Part shown: positions 49,488 through 59,813 of the stretch, piece by piece
How positions within the stretch are numbered: the stretch's first letter is position 1
How the letters are laid out: each line of letters starts with the position of its first letter
DNA from: Candidatus Binatia bacterium
GTDB lineage: Bacteria > Desulfobacterota > Binatia > UBA9968
DNA length: 64,000 bases
Assembly (NCBI GenBank): GCA_041483675.1
Contig: JBGPGE010000008.1
Location: 1,211-65,210 of the forward strand
Direction of reading: 5' to 3'
Made by a program: the position numbers and the translations under genes
The notes under the pieces: generated by a model
What the model saw: the letters and a program-made list of their open reading frames with translations, nothing else
The model's database searches: none
What the model was told of the DNA's origin: nothing

Positions 49488-50614
49488 TCCTCCTCGCCTG
49501 AATCTGTATCCTTCAGCATGACGGCCGAATCGTCGCGCCAACCGTCGAAGCCGTCCTCCCGGATCGCCTGGCGCAACTTTTCCATCAGCCGATGATAGAA
49601 ATGCAAATTATGCAGGGTTAAAAGGCAAGACGCAAGTATCTCGCCCGCCTGATAGAGATGGCGCAGGTAGGCGCGCGAGAAACGGCGGCAGCAATAGCAG
49701 TCGCAAGACTCATCCGCCGGCCGGGGGTCTTTGGCATATTCCGCACGCTTGATGTTCATCTTTCCTGCGGACGTAAATAGCGTGCCGGTGCGCGCGTTGC
49801 GCGTCGGCAGGACGCAGTCGAAGAGGTCGTAGCCCGAGCGCACGGCATGGAGGATATCTTCCGGGCGGCCGACGCCCATGAGGTAGCGCGGGCGCGCTTC
49901 GGGCAATAGCCCGGCGGAAAATTCCGCCATCGAATGGAGCAGCCCTTCCTCCTCCCCCACGCCCAAACCGCCGACGGCGAAACCGTCGAACTTGAGAGGC
50001 GTCATTCGGCGCGCGCACTCAGTCCGGAGATCCTCGTACATGCCGCCTTGAATAATACCGAACAGCGCCTGATCCTCCCGCGCGCGCGCCTTAAGCGAGC
50101 GCTCCGCCCAGCGCACGGTGCGCTCGGTGGAAGCGACGACGTACTCGCGGCTCGCCGGGTGCGGGATGCACTCGTCGAGGACCATCGCGATGTCGCTCCC
50201 CAAGGCTTCTTGAATCTCGACGACGCTCTCCGGCGTGAGAACGTGGCTCGACCCGTCGAGGTGCGACTGAAAGCGGACGCCGTCTTCGGTGATTTTCCGC
50301 ATCGCCCCCAGACTGAATACCTGAAAGCCGCCGCTGTCGGTCAGGATCGACCGCTCCCAACCCATAAAGCGGTGGAGCCCGCCAAACTCACGGATCACCT
50401 CGACTCCGGGCCGAAGGTAGAGATGATAAGTGTTTCCAAGAAGGATCTGACAACCTATCTCTTCCAGCTCCCGTGGCGACACGGCCTTCACGGTGCCCTG
50501 TGTCCCCACCGGCATAAACGCCGGCGTCTCGACCACGCCGTGAGCCGTGACAAGCCGCCCCAGACGGGCACGACTACTCGAATCTTTCTTGATAACGGTG
50601 AAATTGAAAGCCAT
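49484..50614 (-). CDS. tgt: tRNA-guanine transglycosylase (queuine tRNA-ribosyltransferase)
   Basis: TPAFMPVGT, LGNTYHL, TDSGGFQ, and zinc motif CDCYCC...H. Confidence 0.95.
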   Translation of the reverse strand: MAFNFTVIKKDSSSRARLGRLVTAHGVVETPAFMPVGTQGTVKAVSPRELEEIGCQILLGNTYHLYLRPGVEVIREFGGLHRFMGWERSILTDSGGFQVFSLGAMRKITEDGVRFQSHLDGSSHVLTPESVVEIQEALGSDIAMVLDECIPHPASREYVVASTERTVRWAERSLKARAREDQALFGIIQGGMYEDLRTECARRMTPLKFDGFAVGGLGVGEEEGLLHSMAEFSAGLLPEARPRYLMGVGRPEDILHAVRSGYDLFDCVLPTRNARTGTLFTSAGKMNIKRAEYAKDPRPADESCDCYCCRRFSRAYLRHLYQAGEILASCLLTLHNLHFYHRLMEKLRQAIREDGFDGWRDDSAVMLKDTDSGEEE

Positions 50615-50617
50615 GTT

Positions 50618-50684
50618 CCAATTTTCGATTTTTGATTTTGGATTTTAGATTCAATCGAAAATCGGCAATCTAAAATCTAAAATG
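50618..50684. repeat. AT-rich GATTTT(A/G)-type repeat with interleaved inverted arms
   Basis: ttttcgatt / aatcgaaaa and gattttagatt / aatctaaaatc occur in the order A-B-A'-B', between queA and tgt. Confidence 0.6.
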
Positions 50685-51722
50685 TCATAGAATAAGCATT
50701 GCGTCCCCATAGCTGTAGAACCGATACTCCGCGCGGATCGCCTCTTCGTAGGCGCGCCGGATGAGATCGAGTCCGGCGAACGCGGCGACGAGCAGCAGCG
50801 GCGTCGAGCCGGGCAGATGAAAGTTGGTGACCAGGGCGTCGATGACGCCGAGCGAGTCCCCTGGATGGATAAAGAGCCGCGCGAGTCCCTCGTCCGCCTC
50901 CACCTTGCCCTTCTTACGGGCTATCCATTCGAGCGCGCGCGTCGTTGTCGAGCCTACGGCGACGACCTTGCTGCCGCGAGCCTTGGCAAGATTGATTTTC
51001 TCCGCCGTCTCCGCCGTCAACGAGTAGTGCTCACCTTCCATCCGGTGCTTCTCGATTTCGTTTTCACGCACCGGCTCGAACGTCCCCGGTCCGACGTGCA
51101 ACGTCAGAAACGCCCGCTCGATGCCTCGCTCGCTCAACACCTCCAAAAATTCCGACGTGAAATGAAACCCGGCCGTCGGCGCAGCCACCGCCCCGACTTG
51201 GCGCGCGTAAACCGTCTGATAGCGCTCCCAATCAACGGCGGCCACGGCCCTCTGCTTGCCGACGTAGGGAGGAATCGGCGGCTCGCCGATCCGCTCCAGC
51301 AGGCTCATGAAATCCCCCTCGTAGTGAAATCTGACCCCATAGCGTCCCCGGCCGAGCTCGCCGATGATCTCCGCGTAGACGTCCGAGGCAAAAATAATCC
51401 GGCTGCCCACCAGCGGCTTCTTCGCGGCGTCTATCAGGGCGATCCAGAGGCCGGCCCAGTGAGGAAAAGGCTCCACGAGCAGCAGCTCGACTTCCCCGCC
51501 GCTCTCCTTGCGCCCGCGAAGGCGCGCGGGGAAGACGCGAGTGTCGTTTAAGACGAGCAGGTCGCCGGGCCGCAAAAAATCTCCCAGCGCCGAAAAACTA
51601 CTGTGGGATATCTCCGCACTTTCTCTGCGCACCACCATCAGTCGGGCCGCGGCGCGATCCGGCGCCGGCGTCGCCGCGATCAGCGAGCGCGGCAGCTCAT
51701 ACTGGAACTCTCGGAGATCCAT
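50685..51722 (-). CDS. queA: S-adenosylmethionine:tRNA ribosyltransferase-isomerase
   Basis: FQYELPRSLIA, PAR LMVV, NDTRVFPARL, GAVAAPTAGFHFT, YRFYSYGDAML. Confidence 0.95.
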   Translation of the reverse strand: MDLREFQYELPRSLIAATPAPDRAAARLMVVRRESAEISHSSFSALGDFLRPGDLLVLNDTRVFPARLRGRKESGGEVELLLVEPFPHWAGLWIALIDAAKKPLVGSRIIFASDVYAEIIGELGRGRYGVRFHYEGDFMSLLERIGEPPIPPYVGKQRAVAAVDWERYQTVYARQVGAVAAPTAGFHFTSEFLEVLSERGIERAFLTLHVGPGTFEPVRENEIEKHRMEGEHYSLTAETAEKINLAKARGSKVVAVGSTTTRALEWIARKKGKVEADEGLARLFIHPGDSLGVIDALVTNFHLPGSTPLLLVAAFAGLDLIRRAYEEAIRAEYRFYSYGDAMLIL

Positions 51723-51768
51723 CGGAGAAGGCTCTTACGGTTTGGTCGTTTCGCGTAGGAACGGGGTC

Positions 51769-51854
51769 AATGGATTGGAGTAATGGAGTATTGGAGTGCT
51801 GGAGTAATGTTCTTCGCTCCGTTAACCCACTACTCCATTACTCCAATACTCCAT
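51769..51854. repeat. hairpin-forming TGGAGTA(A/T) oligo-repeat
   Basis: aatggattggagtaatggagtattggagt ... actccattactccaatactccatt are inverted blocks built from the same heptamer. Confidence 0.65.
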
Positions 51855-51863
51855 TTTCCGTCT

Positions 51864-52619
51864 TTACGTGTCGCCCTTTTTCAGAAACGGCGTCAGCAGG
51901 TCAATGGGCACTGGAAAGAGAATGGTCGAGCTTTTTTCCGACGCTATTTCAACCAGACTCTGGAGAAAACGCAGCTGCAAGGCGATGGGCTGCCTGGCCA
52001 TGACCTCGGCCGCGTCGGCCAGTTTCTGCGAAGCCTGAAATTCTCCCTCGGCGTGGATGACCTTGGCGCGCCGCTCCCGCTCCGCCTCCGCCTGCTTGGC
52101 CATCGCCCGCTGCATCTCCTGCGGCAGATCGATGTGCTTGAGCGCCACCTGGCTGACCTTGATGCCCCAGGGATCGGTGTGCTGGTCGATAATAGTCTGA
52201 ACCTGGGCGTTGATCTTCTCGCGCGCGGCGAGCAGTTCATCCAACACGCATTCACCGCAGACGCTCCTGAGCGTCGTCTGGGCGAGCTGCGACGTGGCAA
52301 AGAGATAGTTTTCAACCTCGCGAATGGCGCGATTGGGATCCACCACCCTGAAGTAGAGCACCGCGTTGACCTTAACCGATACGTTGTCGCGCGTAATCAC
52401 ATCCTGAGGAGGGACGTCCATGGTGACCGTCCGAAGATCCATGCGCACCATCTTCTCGATAAACGTCCAGATCCAGGTAATCCCCGGCCCTCGCGCAGGC
52501 ACCATGCGGCCAAGCCGGAAAATGACGGCCCGCTCGTATTCACGCAGGATTTTCACGCAGCTCACCACGTAAAGCAGCAAGATGAAACCCACCGTTCCCA
52601 AAGGTCCGAGACCTAACAT
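51864..52619 (-). CDS. SPFH/Band 7 (stomatin-like) protein
   Basis: [15 protein letters not shown]..., [16 protein letters not shown], and a C-terminal coiled coil [15 protein letters not shown]. Confidence 0.9.
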   Translation of the reverse strand: MLGLGPLGTVGFILLLYVVSCVKILREYERAVIFRLGRMVPARGPGITWIWTFIEKMVRMDLRTVTMDVPPQDVITRDNVSVKVNAVLYFRVVDPNRAIREVENYLFATSQLAQTTLRSVCGECVLDELLAAREKINAQVQTIIDQHTDPWGIKVSQVALKHIDLPQEMQRAMAKQAEAERERRAKVIHAEGEFQASQKLADAAEVMARQPIALQLRFLQSLVEIASEKSSTILFPVPIDLLTPFLKKGDT

Positions 52620-52636
52620 GACTTCCTCCTCTCTTC

Positions 52637-53995
52637 TCAGCGCAAGCCCGCGTCCTTCGAAGCTCGCTTCACCTTAAGACGCATCCCGTCAAAGCTCACC
52701 ACCTCCACCTTCTCCCCTACTCCGATCTCTTCCCCATCTCCATCGACGCTCCATAATTCCCCATGAACGAAAACTCTGCCGCCGGGTTTCAGCGCCTCTT
52801 TCACCTCGCCGATTTCGCCGACCAGGCCTTCTAAGCCCAACGTCGGCTTGCGCCGCTGCGAGTTGAAAACCAGATACGCGAGCAACAGCATCAAGCCGCT
52901 CACCGTGCCGACGACCGCGAAGATCATCGAACGGTCCACCATCAAGTCGGAACCCTCCGTATCGAACAGCAGCAGCGAACCCAAGGCGAGAGAGATCGCG
53001 CCGCCGATCCCGAGGACACCGAAGCTCGGTACAAACGCCTCGCCGATGAGCAGCGCCACCCCCAGCAAGATCAACAGCAGCCCGGCGTAATTGAACGGAA
53101 GAATCTGCAGTGATGTCAGCCCTAACAGCAGGCAGATGCCGCCGGCGACTCCGGGAAAGATCACGCCGGGGTGGGAGAACTCCATGTAGAGACCGAGGAT
53201 GCCGGCCATCAACAGCAGATAGGCGATGTTGGGGTCGGCCAGAATGTTGATCACCTTCTGCTTGAGTCCCATCTCGAAGCGCTCGATGCGCGCCCCCTGG
53301 AGGGACAACGCCTGCTCGTGGCCGTCCACGTCTACTTTCCTGCCCTCGGCCTGCTTGAGCAGATCGTCGATGTCTTTGGCCACAATGTCGATAACATTCT
53401 TTTTCAACGCCTCTTTTTCCGTGATCGAGACGCTGCGGCGCACCGCCTGGATCGCCCACTCCGTGTTGCGCCCGCGCTTCTGCGCGATCGCCTCGCTGAA
53501 CGAAGCAGTGAAGTTTTCGATCTTCTCGCCCATCACCCCTTTGACTTCCTGCCCGCCGCCGGCGACCGGATGGGCGGCGCCGATGTTGGTTCCCGGCGCC
53601 ATCGCCGCGATATGGCCGGCCATCGTAATAAAGACTCCGGCCGAGCCTGCGCCCGCTCCGCTCGGGGCGACGTAAACGATGACCGGCACCGGCGCGCCGA
53701 GGATATCCTTGACGATGGAGCGGGTGGAGGTGAGCAGGCCGCCGGGGGTGTCGAGTTGAATGATCATCGCCTTCGAGCCGGCGTTGCGGGCGCGGGCGAT
53801 GCTCTCGCGGATAAAATCGTCGACCGCGGGATTAATGCTGCCGTCGATCACGATGAGGTCGACGCGCGGCCCCGACGCTCCCTTCGGCTGGGCGAGTGCC
53901 GACAGGCCGAGCGCGATGAACAGCAGCGCCAGCCCGGCCTTAAGCAGAGGCCGTCTTGAGCTCTTCAAGAACTTTCTGGATGTCTTCCCAAACAA
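52637..53995 (-). CDS. NfeD-family membrane-bound ClpP-class serine protease
   Basis: ClpP-like N-domain ([23 protein letters not shown]), TM bundle, C-terminal OB (NfeD) domain. Classic pairing with the downstream SPFH gene. The annotated start overlaps the UDG gene by 56 nt and so is uncertain. Confidence 0.85.
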   Translation of the reverse strand: MFGKTSRKFLKSSRRPLLKAGLALLFIALGLSALAQPKGASGPRVDLIVIDGSINPAVDDFIRESIARARNAGSKAMIIQLDTPGGLLTSTRSIVKDILGAPVPVIVYVAPSGAGAGSAGVFITMAGHIAAMAPGTNIGAAHPVAGGGQEVKGVMGEKIENFTASFSEAIAQKRGRNTEWAIQAVRRSVSITEKEALKKNVIDIVAKDIDDLLKQAEGRKVDVDGHEQALSLQGARIERFEMGLKQKVINILADPNIAYLLLMAGILGLYMEFSHPGVIFPGVAGGICLLLGLTSLQILPFNYAGLLLILLGVALLIGEAFVPSFGVLGIGGAISLALGSLLLFDTEGSDLMVDRSMIFAVVGTVSGLMLLLAYLVFNSQRRKPTLGLEGLVGEIGEVKEALKPGGRVFVHGELWSVDGDGEEIGVGEKVEVVSFDGMRLKVKRASKDAGLR

Positions 53996-54722
53996 GTTTT
54001 TTGTCTCCCGGGTTGCGCAGCAGATATGCCGGATGGAACGTCGGCATGAGTTTGATGCCGTGGTATTCGTGCCAGGTCCCGCGCAAGCGCGTGATCGACA
54101 CTTTGCTCTGAAGCAGCGTCTGGACCGCGAACTTGCCCAGCCCGACGATGATCCGCGGCCGGATCAGCTCGATCTGCTTTTTGAGAAACGGCTCGCACGA
54201 CTCGACCTCGTCGGGTTCCGGATTGCGATTCTCCGGCGGGCGGCACTTGATCACGTTGGCGATGTAAACGTCCTCTCGCCGAAGCTTCATGCCTTTGGTG
54301 ATGATGTCGGTGAGCAGTTGGCCGGCTCTTCCGACAAAGGGTTCCCCTTGCAGATCTTCATCCCGGCCCGGCCCTTCGCCGACAAACAGGATCTCCGCCC
54401 GAGGATTGCCGACGCCGTAGACCAGGTGGGTGCGCCCCGACGAAAGTTTGCAGCGGCGGCAGTCGCCGATCGCCGCGCGCAATTTCTCCAGGGAATCGGC
54501 CGCGCGCGCCTCGCCGTAGTCCGAAAACAGGTTGTCGTCCAGGCCGCCAAGCGTGCCGGAGGTCCCCGGTTGATCGGCTTGCCCGTGTCCCGCGCGCTTC
54601 TTAGGCATAGCGCGGATTCCGGCGGCGGCCCTCTGTTGCAGATGGCCGCGGAGCGTCGTCACGAGCGTCGTTAACTCTGCTCGCGCATCCGTCGAGCCGG
54701 CCGGTTCACCCATGAATCGCAT
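53940..54722 (-). CDS. uracil-DNA glycosylase, family 4
   Basis: C..C cluster (CRRCKL), [30 protein letters not shown]. Confidence 0.88.
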   Translation of the reverse strand: MRFMGEPAGSTDARAELTTLVTTLRGHLQQRAAAGIRAMPKKRAGHGQADQPGTSGTLGGLDDNLFSDYGEARAADSLEKLRAAIGDCRRCKLSSGRTHLVYGVGNPRAEILFVGEGPGRDEDLQGEPFVGRAGQLLTDIITKGMKLRREDVYIANVIKCRPPENRNPEPDEVESCEPFLKKQIELIRPRIIVGLGKFAVQTLLQSKVSITRLRGTWHEYHGIKLMPTFHPAYLLRNPGDKKLVWEDIQKVLEELKTASA

Positions 54723-54800
54723 CTTAGCACCGTTATTGGATTACTATCAACTCGGCAAGTCGATCCGCGGCCCTGTCAAACGCTCTCCGTTACGAAGTCC

Positions 54801-54867
54801 GTCATTCCCGCATGCTTTGACCCATTCGACGTTGCTCAGGGTCATGGTGAGCACAGTCGAACCATGA
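54801..54867. repeat. inverted copy of the nested repeat seen at 46509-46575
   Basis: gtcattcccgcatgc followed by tttgacccattcgacgttgctcagggtcatggtgagcacagtcgaaccatga, which is the reverse complement of the 46.5-kb element with a few changes. Confidence 0.75.
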
Positions 54868-54899
54868 CAATTGACCAAGCGATTCTCGGCCCAGACAAG

Positions 54900-56129
54900 C
54901 TAAACGGCGGAACGTTCTTTGGCGTCTTTCAGCGCGAGGAGGCGATCGTAGATCCGGTCGGCCACTTCCTCCTTGGTCATCAACGGCAGCGGCTGCACGC
55001 CTCCCGTCCGGTCCAGGATAGTGGCGATGTTGGTGTCTCCCTCGAAGCCGCTTCCCTCTTCGGCCACGTTGTTGGCGACGATCATGTCGAGGTTTTTTTC
55101 GCGCAGCTTCTTTTTCGCGTTCGCCATCAGCTCCTCGGTTTCGGCGGCAAAGCCGATCAGCATCCGACCGTTCTTTTTTGCGCCTAGCTCTTTTAGAATA
55201 TCGGCATTGGGCTTGAGAGTGAGATGGAGGGTCGTCTCGGTTTTCTTGAGCTTGTGCGGCGCGGTCCGCTCCGGCCGGTAGTCCGCTACCGCGGCGGCCA
55301 TCAATACGGCCGTTGCCTGCGGAAATTCCTTCAACACCGCGGCGCGCATCTCGGCCGCCGTCCTGACTCTGACAACCTTGGCGCCCTGCGGCGGCGGAAG
55401 AGCCGTCGGGCCGCTCACCAACGTCACCTCCGCTCCTCGCCTGAGCCCCGCCCGCGCGAGCGCGTAGCCCATTTTGCCCGAGGAACGGCTGGCGAGATAA
55501 CGAACCGGGTCGAGCGGCTCGTGATTCGGTCCGGCGGTGATCAGCAGCTTTTCACCCGCGAGGTCCTTTTTTTTTAGCAGCCGCCGTATCTCCTCGACGA
55601 TCTGCTCCGGCTCGGGCAGGCGCCCTTTCCCCTCGTAGCCGCAGGCCAGATATCCCTCCGCAGGTTCCATGAAATGATAACCCACACGCCTTAACTTGCG
55701 GATGTTCTCCTGCAAGATCGGATTCTCGTACATATGGACGTTCATCGACGGCGCGATCAGCACCGGGGCCTGCGTCGCCATGACCACGGTCGTGAGCAGG
55801 TCGTCCGCGATTCCGCCGGCGATCTTGCCGATGATGTTGGCCGTGGCGGGCGCGACCACGAACACGTCCGCCTGGTCCGCCAGATTGATATGGCCGATCT
55901 CGGATTCCTGGGTGAGGCTGAAGATCTCGGTGGCAACCGGCCGGCCGGAGAGGGTCTGGAAAGTTAACGGAGTGACGAATTCCGCTGCCTCCCGGGTCAT
56001 CACCACCCGCACCGTGAAGCCTTCCTGGACAAGCAGCCGAACCAGCTCGACCGACTTATAGCAGGCTATCCCCCCGGCCACGCCCAACACCACCGAGGGA
56101 AGGGCTTTTTTAGCATCCATACGAGGCAA
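54900..56129 (-). CDS. coaBC: bifunctional phosphopantothenoylcysteine decarboxylase / phosphopantothenate-cysteine ligase
   Basis: GVAGGIACYKS flavoprotein N-domain, PAMN-like SMNVHM, and C-terminal CoaB (ITAGPNHEPLDPVRYLASRSSGKMG). Confidence 0.93.
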   Translation of the reverse strand: MPRMDAKKALPSVVLGVAGGIACYKSVELVRLLVQEGFTVRVVMTREAAEFVTPLTFQTLSGRPVATEIFSLTQESEIGHINLADQADVFVVAPATANIIGKIAGGIADDLLTTVVMATQAPVLIAPSMNVHMYENPILQENIRKLRRVGYHFMEPAEGYLACGYEGKGRLPEPEQIVEEIRRLLKKKDLAGEKLLITAGPNHEPLDPVRYLASRSSGKMGYALARAGLRRGAEVTLVSGPTALPPPQGAKVVRVRTAAEMRAAVLKEFPQATAVLMAAAVADYRPERTAPHKLKKTETTLHLTLKPNADILKELGAKKNGRMLIGFAAETEELMANAKKKLREKNLDMIVANNVAEEGSGFEGDTNIATILDRTGGVQPLPLMTKEEVADRIYDRLLALKDAKERSAV

Positions 56130-56294
56130 AAATACCTAATTGGCCGGGGGTTTGCAAACCTTCATTGCCCTAGGCATCCGGGCGGATCGGTCGGGCCGGC
56201 GGACAAGCAGAAAAAAGAAGTCGAAAAAAGGCTTGACCGGACCTAAAACTTCGTGTAGATGTGGCGAAAGTATCTCAGTAGGAGGAACACTTAA

Positions 56295-57128
56295 ATGGGG
56301 ATGCATCAACGCCTTTCCGAACTGTGTAAGACGCTGATCGTGCTGGCGGCGCTCGCTGTCTTCAGCTTTGGGAGCCCGTGGAGAGCCCACGCCGAGCAAG
56401 GCGAGCTGAGCGTCGTCGAAGCGGCCTCGGCGGAGTTCGCCGCTCCGGGGAGCCTGGACGACACCCAAGTTCTCACGAACGCCTTGGACCTGGATGAAGC
56501 GCAAGCCGGGGCGGGAGGCGACGACCGCGACCTGGATCCTTGGGAGGGATTCAACGAGGCGATCTTTACTTTCAACCGGCAAGCCGACCGCTGGGTCTTG
56601 AAGCCCATAGCGACCGTATGGGATTTTATCCTCCCGGATGCGTTCCAGAGAAGCCTGAAAAATAGTTTTGATAATCTCCTCTTCCCGCGACGCCTGGTCA
56701 ACAACCTGCTCCAGGCCAAGTTCGGAGGAGCAGGACGCGAAGTCGCCCGTTTTACCATCAACAGCACGATCGGGTTTGTGGGCTTCCTCGATGTCGCGAA
56801 GGACGGCTTCGGAATCCAGCAGAGCGACGAAGATACCGGACAGACCTTCGGAGTCTGGGGAATCGGCCCCGGCCCCTATTTGATCCTTCCCTTGCTGCCG
56901 CCGCTGACCGTGCGCGATGCCATCGGCTTGGCCTTTGATACCGCCATGAATCCGATGAGCTACTTCTTCCCGATCGGCGTAACTATCGGCACCTATGGAG
57001 CCAGGTACGTCAACGAACGGTCGCTCAACCTCGACAAGTTCGAGCGGGTCGAAGAGAGCGTGGTCGATCTCTATAGCGCGGTGCGTAACGCCTACCTCCA
57101 GAGACGGGCGGCGGAGATCAAGGAGTAG
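56295..57128 (+). CDS. mlaA: MlaA/VacJ family outer-membrane lipid asymmetry protein
   Basis: DPWEGFNEAIFTFNRQADRWVLKPIA, NNLLQ, INSTIGFVGFLDVA. Confidence 0.85.
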   Translation: MGMHQRLSELCKTLIVLAALAVFSFGSPWRAHAEQGELSVVEAASAEFAAPGSLDDTQVLTNALDLDEAQAGAGGDDRDLDPWEGFNEAIFTFNRQADRWVLKPIATVWDFILPDAFQRSLKNSFDNLLFPRRLVNNLLQAKFGGAGREVARFTINSTIGFVGFLDVAKDGFGIQQSDEDTGQTFGVWGIGPGPYLILPLLPPLTVRDAIGLAFDTAMNPMSYFFPIGVTIGTYGARYVNERSLNLDKFERVEESVVDLYSAVRNAYLQRRAAEIKE

Positions 57129-57143
57129 CCGCGCGGATGGGCG

Positions 57144-58253
57144 ATGGCGAGAAAGAGCCAGTTTCTCACCGGGAGGAGAATCGATCCAAGTCCGATCACC
57201 CCTAAAACCTCTATCGCGGAGCTGGTCGACAGCGACTTCCTCTCGTACAATGCCGGCCGGCTCCGCGAAGCTTGCCAGTTATTCGCAGATAAGATCCTTT
57301 CCGACGACGTCACCGTCGGTCTCAGCCTGAGCGGGGCCCTGACCCCCGCCGGGCTGGGCGTTTCAGCCCTCATTCCCCTCATCGAAAACGGCTTTGTAGA
57401 CTGGATCGTCAGCACCGGCGCCAATCTCTACCACGATACGCATTTCGCGATGGGTCTTCCCATGCATCGGGGAACGCCCAACGCGGACGATGTCGTTCTG
57501 AGGGAGGAGGGGATCGTCCGGATCTACGACATCTTTTTCGACTACGACATCCTCATCTCGACCGACGACTTCTTCCGCGAGCTTCTCAAAGCGCCGGAAT
57601 TCCAGCGGGCGATGAGCACCTCGGAGCTGCACTACCGCGTGGGAAGATACCTCGCGGAACGCGAGAAGCTGCTCGGAACCGAGAAAAAATCCCTGCTGGC
57701 CGCCGCCTACCATCACGCGGTGCCGATCTACACCTCTTCCCCCGGAGACAGCTCTATCGGGATGAACGTCGCGGCCATAGCCCTCAAGGGAAACAAGCTG
57801 GCCTTCGACGTCTCGCTCGACGTGAATGAGTCCGCGGCGATCGTCCTCGACGCGAAGCGAGGCGGCGGAAAGAGCGCGGCGATTGTTCTTGGCGGCGGCT
57901 CGCCGAAGAACTTTCTCCTCCAGACCGAACCGCACATTCAAGAGGTGCTGAGTCTGACTGAAAAGGGACACGATTATTTCATTCAGATCACCGATGCCCG
58001 GCCGGATACCGGCGGACTCTCCGGCGCCACGCCGGCCGAGGCGGTCAGCTGGGGAAAGATCGATCCGGACCGCTTGGCCGACTCGGTGGTCTGTTACGTA
58101 GACTCCACCATCGCCCTTCCCATCCTCACCGCGTACGTTCTCGCGAAGCGGCCGCCAAGAACCCCCAAGCGGCTCTTCGACCGAAGAGAAGAGCTGATGA
58201 AAAATATCGAGAAGGAGTTTCAGGAAAAATTCGGCAAGATCAAACTACGTTAA
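57144..58253 (+). CDS. deoxyhypusine synthase-like (homospermidine synthase-like) protein
   Basis: DHS-family layout with [20 protein letters not shown] and LGGGSPKNF motifs. Confidence 0.8.
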   Translation: MARKSQFLTGRRIDPSPITPKTSIAELVDSDFLSYNAGRLREACQLFADKILSDDVTVGLSLSGALTPAGLGVSALIPLIENGFVDWIVSTGANLYHDTHFAMGLPMHRGTPNADDVVLREEGIVRIYDIFFDYDILISTDDFFRELLKAPEFQRAMSTSELHYRVGRYLAEREKLLGTEKKSLLAAAYHHAVPIYTSSPGDSSIGMNVAAIALKGNKLAFDVSLDVNESAAIVLDAKRGGGKSAAIVLGGGSPKNFLLQTEPHIQEVLSLTEKGHDYFIQITDARPDTGGLSGATPAEAVSWGKIDPDRLADSVVCYVDSTIALPILTAYVLAKRPPRTPKRLFDRREELMKNIEKEFQEKFGKIKLR

Positions 58254-58283
58254 GCGGGCATGCGCGGCGAACGCCGAGGGTCG

Positions 58284-58311
58284 AACCGGCCCCGGTTAAC
58301 CGGGGCCGGTT
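58284..58311. terminator. bidirectional terminator hairpin between convergent genes
   Basis: Perfect palindrome aaccggccccgg-ttaa-ccggggccggtt (12-bp stem). Confidence 0.65.
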
Positions 58312-58329
58312 TCCCGTTATCGTGCTGGC

Positions 58330-59400
58330 CTAGTCGTGTGCCGGCTCCGGCACCGGCTCAGTTTCGGGATCGGGTGGCTCTTCAGGTTCCACTCCCGCTT
58401 CGATCTCGTTGGCAACCATGGTGACGCTATTATATTCCGCGCTCGCCTCATCCCCGACCAGCAAGTCCGAGAGGAGAGCCGGCACGTCGTTACGTTCGAT
58501 TTTGGTGCTGGCGTCCACTAGCAGGGTGATGGCAACTCCGTCGCCGTTGGTGATCGTGACGGTGCCGGCTGTCGGATCGATGGCCGTAATCACGCCTTCG
58601 ATTTCGGCCTCTTCTCCTTCACACTCGGCGTCGATCCTAAAGGCGTTGAGGGTTAGCGGGTCGTACACTAGCTCGACAAACAGCCCGCTCGCCAGATCGT
58701 TGATCGTTGCGGCTCCGTCGCAGACTTCGATCAGCGTATCGGCCGTGACATTTACGGTTACGTCGGAACCGCCCTCCTTCGGAGTAATGGTCACTGTGCC
58801 TGCCGTTGTATCCACGACCGCAACGGTCCCGTGTAGTTCACTCTCTTCGGGTCCTTCGGCGATGACATCCAGGGCATCCCCGCTTCCCGCTACCACCGTT
58901 GGAGCTGGCGCGCCCCTTGCGGCGAGGTGCGCCTTCAGGGTGTCGTGGGCCGTAAGCGACTTGAGCGATGAAACCTTGCCGTTTCGAAGGACGCGGGTTT
59001 GGGCATTGGTGCCGAAGTTTCCGGTTGTGATCTGCACCACCCCCGTCCCCCCGCTCACATTCAGCACGCCGCCCCGCACGGTGGTCACCTTAGGTCCTTT
59101 GGCCGCTACCTGCTTGGCATTCCGTAGAACGTCGAACTGGACGCTGGCCTGATCCCCCAGGACCAGGTCGGCGAGGGTCGCTTTTTTATTGTTGCGCGTG
59201 ATCTTGCTGCTACGCGTGATGTTCAACGTGTTCAACACGTCACCGGCGTCTTTCAGCGTGACCGTTTTCGCCGTCGTATCGATCGCGTAAACCGTGCCGT
59301 CCAATCTAGTCAGCTTCGCCGCTTCGACCGGCTGGACCAACAGCCCAACGCTCGCCAAAAAAAACAAAACGACAATGATCCGACTTCTATGAATGAACAT
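58330..59400 (-). CDS. secreted repeat protein (DUF5666-like beta-rich repeats)
   Basis: Signal peptide MFIHRSRIIVVLFFLASVGLLVQPVEA. Repeated ...GTVTIT...VTV.VTADT.IE... modules. ATG 59400 with an AGGAGG RBS. Confidence 0.7.
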   Translation of the reverse strand: MFIHRSRIIVVLFFLASVGLLVQPVEAAKLTRLDGTVYAIDTTAKTVTLKDAGDVLNTLNITRSSKITRNNKKATLADLVLGDQASVQFDVLRNAKQVAAKGPKVTTVRGGVLNVSGGTGVVQITTGNFGTNAQTRVLRNGKVSSLKSLTAHDTLKAHLAARGAPAPTVVAGSGDALDVIAEGPEESELHGTVAVVDTTAGTVTITPKEGGSDVTVNVTADTLIEVCDGAATINDLASGLFVELVYDPLTLNAFRIDAECEGEEAEIEGVITAIDPTAGTVTITNGDGVAITLLVDASTKIERNDVPALLSDLLVGDEASAEYNSVTMVANEIEAGVEPEEPPDPETEPVPEPAHD

Positions 59401-59742
59401 CACAACACCTCCTGTGTGGTGGAGCGGAAGCCCGCGCCTTGTAAACTGCCAGCAAAGAGAATGCCATCCATCGTCCGGCAGGCGCGCCGGTTCCATATCG
59501 CTCCAAGCGAGGCCGGGATTTTCCCGCGAAAGTATGGACGCGCTTTCCGCGATCTACGCCCCGCAACACCGCTCTAGCTACTCTATAGCGGGGGGCACGA
59601 CACTTTTGTCCAACGGATATGACGTTTTGCGGCATCCACGCCGCGCCGATTTCCTTGGATTGCCGCGAAGGAGGCAAAGGAAATTGACGTTGAGATCGCG
59701 GCTCTAGTCCGTCCGAGAAAGGTCCGGTGCGGGAGCTACTGC

Positions 59743-59777
59743 GGTAATTTCTACGCGCCGCGACGGGTAATTTCTAC
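59743..59777. repeat. direct repeat GGTAATTTCTAC x2 (23-nt period)
   Basis: 59743-59754 and 59766-59777 are identical 12-mers. A partial third copy (ggtaac) is at 59783. Confidence 0.6.
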
Positions 59778-59813
59778 ACGGCGGTAACAGTTTTGGATAA
59801 AGCAAAGTCTCTT

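Noticed and set aside
53940-53995. 56-nt overlap between the NfeD start and the UDG 3' end, as a possible frameshift or fusion
   Set aside because: The two genes are in different frames and each has a complete domain set. The overlap more likely reflects an uncertain NfeD start codon, but no alternative ATG or GTG was found, so the track coordinates were kept.
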